Below are positions 62,990 to 64,000 of a DNA stretch of 64,000 nucleotides, piece by piece (within the stretch, counting starts at the first letter, position 1; each line of letters begins with the position of its first letter). This DNA comes from Psammoneis japonica (lineage: Eukaryota). The notes below the pieces were generated by a model that was given only the letters and a program-made list of their open reading frames with translations, searched no databases and was not told the DNA's origin. The stretch spans positions 1 through 64,000 of the forward strand of contig QPGO01000262.1 in assembly GCA_008632985.1 (NCBI GenBank), written 5' to 3'. The position numbers and the translations under genes are program-made.

Positions 62990-64000
62990 GAATGAGCACA
63001 AACAAAAGCAGAGCAAAGCACAAAAAGTGAGAATTGTGAGATTGGATTTTGCTCAATCATTTTGGGATTCTCTGAACAGGCTCTCAATGGCCCAAAGCTT
63101 TTGTGCCAGTCCTGCAGACCAAGAGGCCTTTCAGAGAATGTGCTCGTGACAACAGATTGTCTGGGCACGATTGCCATTGACACACAAGATGTCAACATCG
63201 TCAAGCAATTGCACCTGCAATTTTCGACATCCAATCAACTCTGTTTGATCATTCTGTCCATTGCACAAACCCACGATTGACGTGCGATTGAACACAATGC
63301 AATGTTTGAGTCCACACATGCACACATGAAATGTGTGTGACAGTGCATGCTGCGTTCACCTCCCCAATTGCACATTGGAGTCATTTGCCAAACGGCGCAA
63401 TGCAACGGACATTGACAGCATCAATGATGTCACCATGTTTGATCTGTGCTGTGCCACCAGTGTGCGCCGTTGTCATCACACATGGTCCAACATGGGGCTG
63501 CTCTAATTTCTGCAAGTCTTTCTCAAGTGGCATCTTCTCTCCTGCTCTGTGTGCGCTGGATTGGTTTCCAGTCTGTGATGTGTTGGACGTCAAATGTCAT
63601 GTCTCTGTCAAAGACCAACTGTCCTGGTGCAGCTTGCATCACAGCATGATGCATGGATCGCACTGCAAATGCCACTGCTGACAATGTTCCAGCGAAAGGA
63701 TCCTCAGCATCCAGAGGTGCATGTTGCAAATCAAATGCACGGATCACATTTCCCAGCACTTGATGCACCCATTCAACAACTGTGTTTGCTTTTGGATTTT
63801 GTGCAGTTGTTGGGGCTTGACTTTGATGCCATGATCATCTTGCACCACATCTTTAAATTGGTGCCCAATGAACTCACTTCCACGGTCGCATGCAATTGAC
63901 AATGGCCAAGGATGCCTGCTCAGCCATGTCCATTCTAACAGCCCAGCTGCAGTTGTGGATTCCTTGCTTGGAATTTCCACAACTTCAAACCATCCGGTTG
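62990..64000 (-). mobile_element. Ty3/gypsy integrase C-terminal half, PPT and LTR-like segment (runs off the window end)
   Basis: WLSRHPWPLSIACDRGSEFIGH, MHQVLGNVIRAFDL, APGQLVFDRDM and KLEQPHVGPC. PPT ggggaggtgaa at ~63355-63365. Confidence 0.85.

Overview
Eukaryotic, almost certainly diatom, nuclear DNA, judged from two tandem fucoxanthin-chlorophyll a/c binding (Lhcf) genes, ASAF-type plastid presequences and short GT-AG introns. Two ordinary gene islands are present. The first (~27.5-37.9 kb) holds Lhcf x2, DUF866, an ERCC6L2-like SNF2, an EF-hand nitroreductase and RRP15. The second (~51.0-56.7 kb) holds a SMCO4-like gene, a plastid protein and an M64-like secreted peptidase. They sit between blocks of nested transposon debris: Ty3/gypsy remnants, Plavaka-like fragments, MITE families with 4-bp TSDs, a hAT-type element, 9-bp satellite arrays, and a full-length AcademH-like element (RecQ helicase plus transposase, 9-bp TSD) inside a Harbinger-type MITE. 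The dominant signal is that the repeat blocks have lost almost all TpA dinucleotides, apparently converted to TpG or CpA. Tyr codons became Cys/His, TAA/TAG stops vanished (hence the flood of spurious ORFs), a GTAAGT splice donor reads GCAAGT, and paired TIRs differ by TA vs TG/CA, while host genes are untouched. This looks like a repeat-targeted A:T->G:C hypermutation system, RIP-like in effect but opposite in direction. A modified-base or basecalling explanation still has to be excluded.
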